This document shows, piece by piece, positions 27,255 to 40,773 of a DNA stretch of 64,000 bases. Where the stretch lies: positions 1,956,115 to 2,020,114 of the forward strand of contig MU053365.1 in NCBI GenBank assembly GCA_013239625.1, in the 5' to 3' direction. The stretch's first letter is position 1. Each line of letters begins with the position of its first letter. Both the position numbers and the translations under genes were made by a program. The DNA comes from Lama guanicoe (lineage: Eukaryota). The notes under the pieces are model-generated. The model ran no database searches and had not been told where the DNA came from. It saw nothing but the letters and a program-made list of their open reading frames with translations.

Positions 27255-27480
27255 TACCTGACATTTATGAAATACTTACTATGACCCAGGTAGTGAATTA
27301 GTTTGCCTGCATGATATTAAGATATAAAACAACCCTACTATTAGTTCTATTTTACAGATGAAAAAGCTGGAGGTTCAAGGTGAGTATAGTAACTTGCCCA
27401 AGGTTACAAAGATGAGAAGTGCAGAGCTAGAACTTGAACATGTCTCTTGGAGTCCAGAGACTGAACTCATAAATACTGAG
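27255..27480 (-). mobile_element. MIR
   Basis: ttttacagatgaaaaa...gtaacttgcccaaggttaca...gcagagctag. Confidence 0.85.
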
Positions 27481-27962
27481 ACAAGTGATTGATTAGCAGC
27501 TCAAACTTTACCACTGGCTTTTAAATTATAAAATGGTATCAGTGTGATTTATAAATATAGAGGTATAAGTGGAGCCTACTTATGTTGTAAAATAGTTTGA
27601 TGATTAAAAACAATAAGACTTTTTAAAATATGAAATCTTTGGTTTGGAGGGGAGTTTAAGGTATCACCATTTCATTTTAAAATAGTGCCATGTCACATTT
27701 TCATAGAACTTTATATTTTAAGTTATTCTTGGTACTTACTTTATTCTCATAAAAATCCTGTGATATACATAGGAAAGCCCCATTTTTCAGCTAGGAAAAC
27801 TGAGGCTTAATGAGTCAGTCTCAATCTAGTACAAATCCAGTTGGTTTCTTTTTCATTTATTTCCAATTCATACATCATAAAACCAGAATAAAGTAGGAGA
27901 ATCATTCAATATAATGCTGGAACTGCTAGGCTGGTATAGAGTGGCAGGGTATCTAAAGCACA

Positions 27963-29006
27963 TTTTTTGTTACATTTTTATTGAAGTATAATTTATTTAC
28001 AATGTTATATTAGTTTCTAGTATATAGCATAGTGATTCAGCTTATATATGTATATATATGTTCTTTTTCATTACAGGTTACTACAAGCTATTGAATATAG
28101 TTCCCTGTGCTATACAGTAAGATCTCATTGTTTATCTATTCTGTAAATAGTAATTTGTATCTGCCAATCCCCAATTCCCAATTTATCCCTCCTAGCCCCC
28201 CTAACCCCTGGTAACCATATATCTTTTTTTTTTTTTTTGGTCTGTGAGTCTCTTTTTGTTTTGTAAATAAGTTCATTCGTGTTTTTTTTATTTTTTTAGA
28301 ATCCACATGTAAGAGATATATATTTGTCTTTCTCTGTCTGACTTACTTCAGTCAGTATGATCATGTCTAGATCCATCCATGTTGCTGCAAATGGCATTAT
28401 TTCATTCCTTTTTATGGCTGAGTAATATTCCATTGTTTGTGTGTGTGTCCCATCTTCTTTATCCATTTGTCTGTTGATGGACATTTAAGTTACTTCCATG
28501 TCTTCCACGTCTATTGTAAATAGTGCCATTATGAACATTGGGGTGCATGTATCTTTTTGAATTAAGAATTTCCTCCAGATATATGCCCAAGAGTGGAATT
28601 GCTAGATCATATGGTAACTCTATTTTTAGTTTTTAAGGAACCTCCATACTGTTCTCCATAGTGGATGCACCGGTTTACATTCCCGCCAACAATGTAGGAG
28701 GATTCCTTTTTCTCCAAACCCTCTCCAGCATTTATTATTTGCAGACTTTTTAATGATGGCCATTCTGACAGGTGTGAGGTGATACCTCATTGTAGTTTTG
28801 ATTTGCATTTCTCTGATAATTAGTGATATTGAACATTTTTTCATGTGCCTATTGGTCATCTATGTCTTCATTGGAGAATTGTCTGTTTAGGTCTTCTGCT
28901 CATTTTTTGACTGGGTTGTTTTATTTTGTTTTGTTTTTTGATATTGATCTGTGTGAGCTGCTTATGTATTTTTGAAATTAATCCCTTGTTGGTCATATTA
29001 TTTGCA
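27963..29006 (-). mobile_element. 5'-truncated L1 (ORF2 C-terminus plus 3'UTR)
   Basis: ORFs [34 protein letters not shown] and MEYYSAIKRNEIMPFAATWMDL. Poly-T at the left end. Confidence 0.95.
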
Positions 29007-29140
29007 CAAGGAACTATATTCAATTTCTTGTAATAACATATAATGGAAAAGAATATAAAAAGAAAAATATATGTATGATAACTGAATTGCTTTGCTGTAC
29101 ACCTGAAACTAACATAGTAAATCAACTACACTTCAATAAA
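29004..29140 (+). mobile_element. L1 extreme 3' end in the opposite orientation
   Basis: gcacaaggaactatattcaa...ctacacttcaataaa. Confidence 0.9.
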
Positions 29141-30069
29141 TTTTTTTAAAGCTGCAATAGTGATTTGAATTTTCAGTACTTAGCATTAGCTTAAAAACAT
29201 GTTATGATAACAACTTGAACTGCCATTCATTCATATATTTATATACTCATTCATGCATTTCATGAACATTACCCACACACAATGCACTTTGATACATGTG
29301 GCCAAATAGTATGCTGTAAATAAAATATACTTTAAAATACACAGGTAATACAAGCAGAAATTCAAGTATATCTTCTGCAAGATTATTTAAATTTTAAGAC
29401 CCAAAATAAGTGGTGCTACATCATTCTATTCCATGAGGGAAGAGGAGAAGGAAAGCTGTGAAAAGAGGCAGCCAACTATTGTTCTAATGATATTGTGGGA
29501 AGGATGTGGCAGATGAAATTAGTTCAACCCTCAGTTCAAACGCTGAGTAACTCAGTTGCATTCACCTGAAAAGACATCATATTTGTCCTGTCTATCAAAT
29601 AATGTTGTTATTAAGAATAAAAATAGAAAAAAATGTGGAATGAAAGTACTCTATAAAACATAAGTCCCTATATAAGTCTCTTTATTAATAAATGATGCTG
29701 TTGATAGTGCATTAAAATAGGTATGTTAATATTTTGATATGAGGCAGGGATATTTTTAAAAGGATAATGAAATATGATCCATTAAAGTAGGATCAAGAAA
29801 AAAGACATATCTCCATCTAGTGTCTAATATACTGGGTGCTTTGGAGCCAACGTTATGGCTCATGGCTTTCTACTAGGTTCAGATCCTCTGTATTCTTATT
29901 ATATAGTTAATAATAGTAACACCTATTTTTTTTGGTCTTTAGTGAATAAATATGTGCAAGAAATAAAAAATGTAGCATGAAAAATAAATCTGATTTGTTT
30001 AATTAATGATATAGTAACAATTGAATAATGATTTATGTCAATGGCTCTCAATTTGTATTTTGGGAGGCA

Positions 30070-30300
30070 GGAAAACATCGTGGTTAAGTTCAAACTCAAG
30101 TAAGAGTGCCTGGCTTCAAATCTCACCTTCACTCTTACTTTCTCTCCCTGCCTTGATTTTCTCATCTGTACATAACAGATAAAAGCAGTCCCTACTGTGT
30201 TGGGTTATTATAAAGACTAAGTGAGTTAGTGTTTGCAAATTGCTTAGAATAGTGCCAAATGATAGTACGTATTATGGAAATTTTTGCTATTACAATTTTA
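30070..30300 (+). mobile_element. MIR
   Basis: tttctcatctgta...gggttattataaagactaagtgag...gcttagaatagtgcc. Confidence 0.8.
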
Positions 30301-31749
30301 TTATTTTTCTAAATCAGATTTGATTGCCATCTATGATGACAGATGATAGATATACATATTTGTATTTAATATTATCAAAGAGAAAATATTCTACTTGCCA
30401 AGAATAATGATTACTTTTGAGTTACTGTATTAATTGACATATACAGACAGCCACTGGTACCATCTAGCCGTGAAAAAAAAAAAAAAAAAGAAAAATTCCT
30501 TAGTTCTAAGTACAGGCCTGGAGAAAATGGCCTGTATCAGCAACACTGAAGTCCTAGTCCTTAGTTAGAATACAATTACACTGACTTGTGGTTCACATAC
30601 TACTGATTACTCTTTGCATTGTATGCACTTGTGCAAATTGTTCTCCAGGCCAGTATTTGCAATTTAATGAGTGGCCGTCTGCTTGTATTCTAAAGTACTT
30701 GGTCAGGATTGAGAGTGAATTAGTTGCCTCTCTGTAGATTTTAAAAATATTTTCAGGGTCTGTGCCCCTTTAGTGGGTAGTATTTGTGATTAAAAATAAA
30801 ATGCTTTGGCTGTCTCTAAAATATGGTTAGTAGGCAGAACATCCGAACTCTTATTTCCTTAGTTTCCAAACTTGCTTGAGAACTCACATATACTATGATA
30901 ATTTTAAAGAAAATTCCAACGTCGGGAACTGAGGAACCATCTCAGCCCTCGGCAGTAGAGAGTAAATGTTCTAAAGCAAACAGGAGACTCTAAGGTCAGC
31001 CTGGAGTAGACAAAAAGTTGCTCCTGTGACGAAAACACAGTGACACCGAGGAAGCTACTTTCTTCGTGTGTGCAGGTCATCCAATCCTCTAACAGAATTT
31101 CTGCAATCATAAGAAGCTAAATTTTGCAAACCACATTTTACAAGCACAGTATTTTAGTGTACATTTAAAAACAGAATTTTCAGACAAACCAAGACTTCAC
31201 TTTAAAGTGGACTGCAAGTTATTGAACATACAGACTATTTTCTGCTGAGATGATTCTTTATCTGAAGAATGGGAATAAAAAAGGTAATTTGACTAACGCC
31301 TACAAGCAATAAAATCCTGATACATCTCTAGCAATATATAGGAGACATGACAGTCTAAATGGATACCACCTGAATAGGTCTTAGATGGGGCCCAAGAAAA
31401 CTTGTCCCTCCTTCTTCCAAGTTCCACAAAAAAGTTTATTTAGATATCCTAAGATCACAGATAAATTTATAACCATAAACTCATTTCTCCATACACTTGC
31501 TTCCCTGGCTTCTGGTCCAGAAAAGATTTTATAAACAGTGGCGACATTTGCAGTGCCTTCATGCATTATGTGTTAACTGTAAAATAATTTCCTTTGACTT
31601 TTATATAAAGATGACAGGCAAGTCTCCAATTATCATATGAAATGTTTATAGAAGCACATAAGGGTATCTAAAGCTGTATTAGAAATGCAAATCAAGAATA
31701 TTAATTCAGTTTCTGACAGATCCCAGAAAAAAATTCTACAGATAGAATA

Positions 31750-31840
31750 GGCACGGGGGACTAATACATAATTTCAGGACTACAGATAAGAAGGCGGGAA
31801 GGGACTCCCAGTTCCGTTCCGTTGCGTACGCCTCCCACTG
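31750..31840. promoter_or_regulatory. Candidate small promoter/enhancer (local CpG cluster)
   Basis: Six CpGs in ~80 bp of a CpG-depleted window; AGATAAG (GATA), GGCGGGAA (E2F-like, 31793-31800), CCGTTG (MYB-like), palindrome GCGTACGC. Motif evidence only. Confidence 0.3.
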
Positions 31841-33789
31841 ACTAAGGAGTCTGCACAAGCAAGTGGGCAACTCCCTGGCCTATGATATCAGAACTGCTTT
31901 CTGAAGAGGTGTGAGGCTTTTTCTCTCTTAGCCTCCATCATGGCCATTAATGGTCCCCTTTCTTATGGTCTTGAAATGCAATGAAGTAGACAGCAGTGAA
32001 GGAGACGGCAGAACATGTGGTTTGTCCTGCAACTGTGTTGACACTGGAAAAATCCTGGAAGAAGGGCAATCTGTGTGTTGCAGTTCGTCTCTCATGGCTT
32101 TCAAGGGAAGAACTATAGACCATCTCAAAGTATTCAGATATTAATATCCCTTGCACAATCAGATAGCTAAGCCCTAGAAGTTAATATCCCTTTTTAAATC
32201 AGATATCCAGGCACTACAGGGAAATAAGATACCCCCTTCAGTGTAGCAGTACCACACCGTTTAAGTACAGCAGCCTTCACAAACAGCGGTAAGCGGCTAA
32301 GTACCTCAAGCAAAGCTCCAATGTGATGTGAAAAAGACAGGATGCTAGGAGCACCCAAGTAGAACCTGAGAGTAAGCCAAGAGAAATCATTTATATTGTT
32401 TCATGGAAAACCATAGATGTGAACAAAACTCATTATTTCAATGTTAATGAAACAGAAACACAGTAAGGAGCCTTTGAAAATATTTCATGGTCAAGGGATA
32501 AAGAAAACACACCTATGCTTGAGAAATACTTATTAATTAATAGGGAAACCAGGGAAATTATTTGCTTTGTAAATCGCTTAAAATCAAGAGAAAAGTAACT
32601 TACATAAGCAAGTATTGAAATAAATGCATAAGAGACTGAGGTAGAAAAGTCACTGTAATGTGCAGAGTAGTAAAGGGAAATGGGTAAGATATCAGAAGAG
32701 TATGAGTAGGCCAGATAAAAATGCTGGAATGAAAATTTGCATCCAAAACCAGAAATAACAAAAACGACTCTATAGATTGTCAAATCAGTGATGTCACATT
32801 CAAATCCGAGTAACGAACATTAGTAATATTTGATTCCAAAATATGTTGCTAAGAGTTTAAAGTAGTCGAGACAATATGGCGTACATATGTAAGGGAAATA
32901 AAGGCCTTTAAATGTGCATTCACTTTTAACAACAACAGTTCCCATTTTACCCTAAGAAAATTTTAAAATTTCCAATAGTCTTAAGGATATTTTATATATT
33001 ATTTATACACTATTACATTATATATTATATATGCACTATAAGTTATATACATTATATATTATTTATACAGTATTTGAGATATAATATTTATAACCTATTT
33101 GTAGTCTAATGTCTAAAATGAAATGAATGTTTAAATATATTGTGCTAGAGCCATATGATGAACTGTAATGCAAGTTAATGCTCCCTCAGATCCTCCTGAA
33201 CTACAATAAACCAAATTCAAAGAAACAAAATATGAGAAAACATTTATGTTAAACCTGGGAAGTTAACTCAAAGGACATCTCTCTGATAAAAATGCATATT
33301 TGATCATATTGAAAGAAATAATACTCCTGCTCAAGAGTCTGCTACATTACTCCGGACAATGAGAGGAAGAAAATTTGAAGAATTGATGGCTGGAGACACA
33401 GTTGGTGGAACACCATCGTATTTCGGAGCCCGTTCACCTATTAGAGATTGGCAGTGATAGGACTTAAGAAGAGACTACACGGTCTCACAGAGCCATTTCA
33501 ATTTTTACTATCAACTGCCTGAGTTTTAAGGGAGAAGGGGGATGAGAAGAAAAATAAAAAATGACACTTGGGGGTCAGTTTTGCAGCTGGGAGTGAAAGG
33601 TAAATTTCTTAGATGTAAATAAATGCTTTTTATGTTAAGCCACAAGCTAAGGAGTAACATTTTATCCCAACTTCTCATCGTTAAGATTAGCTCTCACAGG
33701 AGATGAAGAAACATTGAATAATAAAAGGATAGGGCAAGCCTTAACTACTGTAGAACCGGTCCCTGGGGCAGAGTTTCATTATAACATTC

Positions 33790-34730
33790 TTTTAAATTTT
33801 GATAACAATTTTACATTTATAGAAAAGTTGCAAAGATAGTACAGCAAATTCATATATACTCAGTTTCCCCACTTGTTAACATCTAACCTTACTATAGTAT
33901 ATTTGTCCCAGTTAGTGAACCAATATTAATATGTTATCATTAACTAAAGTCCCGATTTTATGTAGACTCCTTTTGTTTTTATCTGATGTCCTTTTTCTGT
34001 TCCAGGATCCCACCTAGGATATCACATCATGTTTAGCCATCACGTCTCCTTGCACTCCTCTTGGCTATGACAGCTTCTCAGACTCTCCTTGATTTTGATG
34101 ATCTGGATAGTTTTGAGTAATACTATTCAGGTATTTTGTAGACTGTCCCACGAATGAAGTTTGTCCGATGTTTGTCTCATGATTAGATCAAATTAGTTTA
34201 GGGGAAGAGTGTGACAGAGGTAAGGTGCCACTCTCAAATCATACCAAGGGCACATGCTATCTACATGACTCATCACTGTGATGCTGACCTTGGTCACTTG
34301 GCTGAGGTAGTGCTTGTCAAGTTTCTACACTGCAAAGTTACTCTCTGCCCTCCCTTTCCATACTTTACCCTTTGGGAGAAGTCACTCTGCACAACCCACA
34401 ATTAAGGATGGGCAATTATGCTTTTTCTCCTTTGGTGAGGGGTGGGGAATATCTACATCAATTATTAGATATTCTTCTGCACAGGAGATTTGTTCATTCT
34501 CCTCCACTTACTTATTTATTCAGTCATTGATTTATATCAGCAAGGACTTACGGATACTTATTTTATAATTTGGGTTATAATCCAATATTTTTTGCTGAAA
34601 TTGTTCTGGCTTTGGACATTGGGAGGTCTTCTAGTTCATTCTTGTGCCCCTTTGGCATACCCTCACGTTGCAGTTGTTTTGATCTCTTACTTTCTGGCAC
34701 TACAGGATGCTCTAGGCCCATCTTGCATAT
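33790..34730 (-). mobile_element. L1MC4/5-like 3' end
   Basis: tatagaaaagttgcaaagatagtacag, cctttttctgttccaggatccc, tctggcactacaggatgctctaggc. Confidence 0.85.
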
Positions 34731-34969
34731 ACAAGTTGTGAAAATGTTTAGGAAAAAGCTAGAAAGTCCAGAAACAAAACTAGTCTGTGATAAAATAACT
34801 GCAAAAAAAAAAAAAAGGCTATTCACTAATGGTGTCAGGAAAACTACATAACTATGTTAAAGTTTGGTGAGGATATCTACCTCATAATTTATCAGAATAA
34901 ATCTCATATGCAAAATAAAAAAAGTCAGGAAAATACTTGAACAGAAATACAAATATCTTGAATGAAGAC

Positions 34970-35360
34970 AGTTCTACATTTTGGCTTATGAATAACACTT
35001 CTATGAACATTTGTGTGCAAGTTTTTGTGCAGATACAGGTTTTCAATTTTATTGCATATACACCTGGAAGTAGAATTGCTGGGTCACATGGTAACTCTGT
35101 GTTTAGCTTTTTAACATAGATGAACTGCTAAAGTGTATTCCCAAGTGCTTGTACTATTTTACATTCCCATCAGCAAGGTATGAGGGTTCCAATTCTCCAT
35201 ATCCATACCAACACTTGTTACTGTCTGATTTTTATTATAGCCATTATAGTGAATATGAAATGGTAGCTCATTGTAGTTTTGATTTGCATTTCCCCAATAG
35301 CTAATGATGTTGAGCATCTTTTCATATCCTAATTAGCCATCTGCCTAACTCTTTGAAATG
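34970..35360 (-). mobile_element. L1 ORF2-end fragment
   Basis: atgaacatttgtgtgcaag...agaattgctgggtc...tgatttgcatttccc. Confidence 0.85.
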
Positions 35361-36219
35361 CTCAACTCTGGGATCCCAGGTGAATTTTATATGTGTCACA
35401 TAGCCTTAATTTTAAACCAGTGTATTCCAAGCATACTCTGAATGTTTCTGGCCATTTCTAATCATAGATTCTAGTCATTTTAATGTGATTTGATAAATAA
35501 AAACTATTTGATATAGAAGATAAGGACAGAAAAGAAGTACACCAAAATATTGAGAGCAATTATCTTTGGGTGATATAATTGCAGGTAATTTGAATTTTTT
35601 TGTGCCTTGGTCTGTATTATGAAGTATCTCATTTTAAATAAATTTTGTTTTTAATCAAATTAAAACAGGGATATAATTTGAGAATTTTTAAATTACCTTA
35701 AGGGTTATAAAAAATATCAGTGATCTATGATGAGTCAATCCCACTTATTCTCCCTAGACATAACACTGAAAAAATGTAAAATTTCAAAGTGGTTATCTCC
35801 AACATCTCTAAATGTTTTATTGCTATTTCCTGAATTTTCAGTTATATATACAATAAAATTCCAACTGGGAAGAGGAAGAAATGTAGCTACTCATAATATC
35901 ACTATTTCTTCCCCTTTACATTTAAATGCTTTTTTCAGGCATCTTCCAAACAGTTTCCTCACAATTTTTAGCTATGACTCATTAGTATTTACATTATGAC
36001 AACTATATAAATATTAGAGATGAGCTATTGGTTATACTGTGATTATATTTACACTACCTGCAATTTTGTTTTAAAGAAATTACTACCTTGTATAAGTACA
36101 TATAAACTTGGTACTTTAGTACTTTTATACTTTTATCTATATTTTTATAAACATAAGTGTATATATAAACATGTAAGTATATAAAATTATAATCTGGTTC
36201 CAGTGTGGACTGGTTGCCT

Positions 36220-36850
36220 TCTCTGATTGATGCAAAACTGTCAACATAAGGTTTCCTTACAACCTAATCCAAGGAAATCTTTTTGCTCTCTCCATGTTGG
36301 ATCTCCTGTTTTCTGGATCCTAAGCCTTCTCCATTAGTGGTCGAATCCATTGCTTTGGTATATAGCACATCCTCCAGTAGCTTCCTGAGAAAGGATATTT
36401 GAAAGATTGAGATCTTGAATATCTAAAAATATCTATATCCTGCTATCAGATTTGATGAGTACCTTGGCTGTATGCACAATCATAGATTGGAAACAAAAAA
36501 AGTCCCTCTTCGTTACCTTTATTCCAATTTAAGGATTCTTATGTCATTGATTCCCATCCCTTTGTATATAACCTGACCTATTTTTATCTAAGTGTTTTAT
36601 CTCTAAAAGCTTATGGGATCCTTTTTCGTCTATCCCTATGTTTTCTCACGAGTTGATTAGACTTCTTCAATTGATTCTCTAAGTTCTTAAATTCTGTTTT
36701 TCGTCTCTGAATTTATGGAATTTTTTACTTTTGCTTGTCTTTCAGGGAGATTCTCTCACCTTTAGATCCTAACCCTTCAATTGCTAACTTGGTTCTGTTG
36801 ATTTTTTTGAACTTTAAATAGCTCTTCCTCCCCCAACTGCTGTTTCTGGT
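36220..36850 (-). mobile_element. Old L1 ORF1-region fragment
   Basis: catcctccagtagcttcctgagaaagg and related antisense motifs. Confidence 0.55.
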
Positions 36851-37559
36851 AATCAAAAATCTGATTTTTTATGACTTTGTTTTTGAAGTATAATTGACCT
36901 ACATTATGTTATAGTTCCTGTTATACAGCGTAGTGATTCAATGTTCTAAAGAATGTTCTAAAGAAGAGGGCAACTGACAGGACCAGAAACAAGATGATTG
37001 TCTACCTAAAATCCAATTTCCCCTCACTGGAAGAAGCATCAAATTGGTAAGGCACTGGATAATCATCCTGTTCTTTTTAGTAAGTCTTCCTAAAACTACT
37101 TGGGGAGAAATTTTATAAGAAGAAATTCAGTGATTGCTGCTTTATATGACTTGAGGAACTGAGGCTAAAATTATCACAGGCAGCAAGGAAAAATTGATTC
37201 AGGTTCTCTTCCCCGATATGTCTGAAAGTTTTCCAGCATGATGTGAGGCAATCTTCAATGTTATTGCTGAGTGAATCATGAAATAAAGCTGAGAGGACAC
37301 CATTCCTTGATTACAAAAAGCATTGGAGAAATATTAGAAGGATATAAAACTGTATGAATGTTACTGTTTATATAAAGTTTGACTACTTTATAATTGTTCA
37401 GATTCATGATAGTACTTGAGAAGACGAAAGCCATGAAAGATTATACATCTTGCCCAAGATCACAAAAGTAGTATAATACTAGATGCCAAACCAAAACCTT
37501 GTTTCATGACTGCAAGTGTTTTATCCTATACTATGTGGTACATTCTAAACTGCTTTGCA

Positions 37560-37745
37560 ACCAGACAGAAATAAGTCCCAATTCTAAGATTATTTATTTT
37601 ATCGCTGTATGGCTGTGGGCATATGACATTAATTTCAGTTCATTCATTTTTAAAAATGGAAAGAAAAATAAACTACTTTGTAGTATTAGGGTGAAGATAA
37701 CATACGAAGTGCCAACTACAGTTGTTATTATAAATGCTCAAATAT
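37560..37745 (+). mobile_element. MIR
   Basis: tcagttcattcatttttaaaaatgg core-like segment. An antisense MIR-like piece lies at ~37380-37540. Confidence 0.55.
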
Positions 37746-37749
37746 TTAT

Positions 37750-38580
37750 TGTTTTAATCAACAACTGTTCATTTAAAACTATGACCCAGGCACAATGCTA
37801 GATGTTGAGGCTATAATGCTGAGCAAGATATATATAGATTCCATCCCCACAAAACTTAAAGCCCAGTGAGAAAGAAGTAATAAAAACAATTACTATGAAG
37901 AAAACAAATGGATTATAGTGGTAGAGAATAATGATGGGGGGCACAGCTACTGATGTAGAATGGTTAAAAGTCATAATTGAAATAGTTAATGATGGTAACT
38001 ATAGGCATGGGACATATTGATCAGTCTAGATTTGAAACCATTACAATTTGAACTAGTATGTTGACAGTGAGGATGGAAAAAAGGTGACAGATGGGAGATA
38101 GAAGGTCAGTTTGGGAGATAGAAGGTGAGGTTGGGAGATAGAACAAACATGATTTCCTGATGGACTGAAAGTGAGAATGAAGAATAGTGGATGACACAGA
38201 TTTCTAGCTTTATTAACTGGGTAGATTTTCGAGATCCCGATAAAATGTCCAACTGGAGAACTTTGAGAAACCTTTTGGATTTGAATCTAACTCAGTGAAG
38301 GGACAGAGGACAGAGGTAACCTTAGGCATCCATTAGCATATAGATGGTATCTGAGGCAAAGGAGATGGATAAGAGCACTTAAGGATAGAGAGAGCACAAA
38401 GTATGAAGAGGGCTCAACATGTAGCCCTGGAGCACTTAAATAGTGAGACAGAAAAAAAGAAAAAAGAATCAATGAAAGACAGATGAAGTGTTGTTGAAAT
38501 AAAAGAAAAATCTTGAGTATGGTATCACTTTAGCCAAAAGAAGGTCATTTCTAGAGGACATGGTTCATTGTGTCTCATGA
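37750..38580 (-). mobile_element. L2 fragments
   Basis: Antisense L2 tail (actatgacccaggcacaatgctagatg) and internal motifs (cattagcatatagatggta). Confidence 0.7.
38092..38143 (+). repeat. 20-bp tandem repeat (tgggagatagaaggt.....) x2.6
   Basis: Units start at 38092, 38112 and 38132. Confidence 0.85.
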
Positions 38581-38794
38581 TCCTTGAATTATTTTTTTAT
38601 CACAGTGAAAACAATATTTGAAACTCATATTTATTTTCTTTTTGCCAATGCAGTTGGCTAGCTCCCTTCCTCATGGGCTTCATGTCTATTTGGCCACCAG
38701 TTAAGGAAGCAAAAATAGAGCCCACCAAAGATTTCAGAGTGAGTGATACGGGGAAAAGCTTCCATTCCTCCATAAAAATGGCTTCTTCCACTGC

Positions 38795-39545
38795 ATTTTT
38801 ATTGTGGTAAAAACACATAAATTTACCCTAACAATTTTAATTGTACATTACAGAATAGTTAACTATGCACATTTTTGTACAATACATTGAGAATTTTCAT
38901 CTTGCATGGCTGAAACTCTATACCCAGTGAACAGCAATTTCCTATTTTCCCCTCTCCCAGCCCCAGCGGCCACCATTCTACTTTGTTTTCATGAATTTGA
39001 CTAGTTTAGATGCCTCATAAGTGGATTCATACAGTATTTGTCCTTTTGTGTTTGGCTTATTTCAGTTAGCATAATGGTCTGAAGGTTCATCCATGTTGTG
39101 GCACGTGACAAGATTTTTTAAGGCTGAATACTATCCCAGTGTTGGTATATACACCACATTTTCTTTATCCATTCACCCACCAGTGTCTGAGCTGTCTGAC
39201 GTGATCTCTTATTATAGCTTTGATTCTATTTCCTTGATGCTTGGTGATGTTCAGCATATACATGCTTGTTGGCCATTTGTGTATCTTCCTTGGAGACATG
39301 TCTATTCCAGCCCTTTGCCCATCTTTTAATTGGGTTATTTAATTTGCTATTGAGTTGTAGGAGTTCTTTACACATTCTCAATAATAACCTTGGATATATG
39401 GTTTGCAAGTATTTTCTCCCATTCCATAGGTTGCCTTTTCACTTTAGAGTTTTTCCTATGCTGAGCAGTTTTTAAGACCGATGTAGTCCCAATTAATCTA
39501 TTTTTTCTTTTGTTACCTGTGATTTTGGTGTCATATCTAAGTTTT
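38795..39545 (-). mobile_element. L1 3' end (L1MA/MB-like) with internal deletion
   Basis: ttcatcttgcatggctgaaactctataccc, gtggattcatacagtatttgtcc, ccataggttgccttttcac. Confidence 0.88.
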
Positions 39546-39879
39546 AGTATTGAGTTTTTAATCTAGTAACATTTCACTAAATTTTAATTTTTACCATATT
39601 GAAAAATGAGGTCACCTATGTGTGAAATTGACATATTCAGCTTACTTTTCATCTCTATTGAATAATAACAATAAGATTTTAGAGTTCGTGTGCACTATAG
39701 GGTTTCAGTAATCCTTGGCCATAAACCCAAGCCTGTCTGGCCTACTCTAGCATACCATATGGTCTGCTTGATTAATGGCCACTCTGATCAATAACATGCA
39801 TTCTACAATTCAGCAACTTTAGTGATCTACAGGATTTTACTGAGACGAAGGGATCGAGGATGATTAAAACTGAAGTATG

Positions 39880-40500
39880 AAAAGTTAACTAGAAATAAAA
39901 ATCTAAATAAATATCACTTGTAAATGATAGGGTTTGTCTTTCAGCAAATCCAAAGAATAAACTAAAAACTACTAAAACAAAAGTGTTCATCGAGGTGACT
40001 GGCTTTTTAACCAATACACAGAAATCAATAGTTGCTCAACAGAAAAAGATAATCAGGTTAAAAATTAAATAAACTTCCAATTTCTAACAGCCACAAAATG
40101 TGAAACACAGAAATAAACTCAGTATGAAATGCACACATGCTGTATGAAGAAAGCTACAAAACTCAGGTAAGGGACATAAAAGACATAAATAGAGAAGCAT
40201 ATTTTGCTCTTGGATAGGGAGATACAACATAGTAATAGCATCAATTCTTACAAATTAAACTATAAATTTTATGCAATAGCAGTTGAAATTTAAACAATTT
40301 GGGAACGTGACAAAATTAGAGTAAAATTTATGTGGAAAGTAAACACTAGAGATTACCCAGCAAAGCTCTGAGAAAGGACAGTTGATTGGGCATTATCAGC
40401 CCTCCCAGGGATTAACATTTATTACAAAGCTGCAATAATGAAGTCAGTATGTTACTGGCTCAAGAATAGACTGACAGATCGTTGTAACTGAAGAAAGTAC
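39880..40500 (+). mobile_element. Old L1 ORF2 fragment
   Basis: atacacagaaatcaatagtt, tattacaaagctgcaataatgaagtcagtatg. Confidence 0.75.
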
Positions 40501-40721
40501 AAAAACAGGCTTCCCTACAAGCATAGAGTTATTTTAAAATGGAAACTTCAGGTTTTACCTGAAGTTAAACCTCTTAGAGACTCAAGAAAGACTGAATTAA
40601 AATCTAACTGCTTGGTTGGCTAGTAGCCCAAAACTTAATTAAGGCAATCCTTAATATTAAATAGCCATCCCTACCAGAGTACTTATAACCCCTCCTCTCT
40701 GACAAAATTTATTTCCTTGGG

Positions 40722-40724
<3 letters not shown>

Positions 40725-40772
<48 letters not shown>
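40725..40772 (+). repeat. Compound microsatellite (TC)16(TA)8
   Basis: Direct count. Confidence 0.95.

Positions 40773-40773
<1 letters not shown>

Noticed and set aside
30473..30495. PolyA tail of a processed pseudogene
   Set aside because: No upstream ORF, polyA signal or TSD was identified.
36940..36965. 12-bp tandem duplication aatgttctaaag at the end of a short L1 tail
   Set aside because: Ordinary slippage or junction duplication with no further structure.
38092..38143. CRISPR-like or functional repeat array
   Set aside because: Only 2.6 units with no spacers, inside an L2 relic in mammalian DNA.
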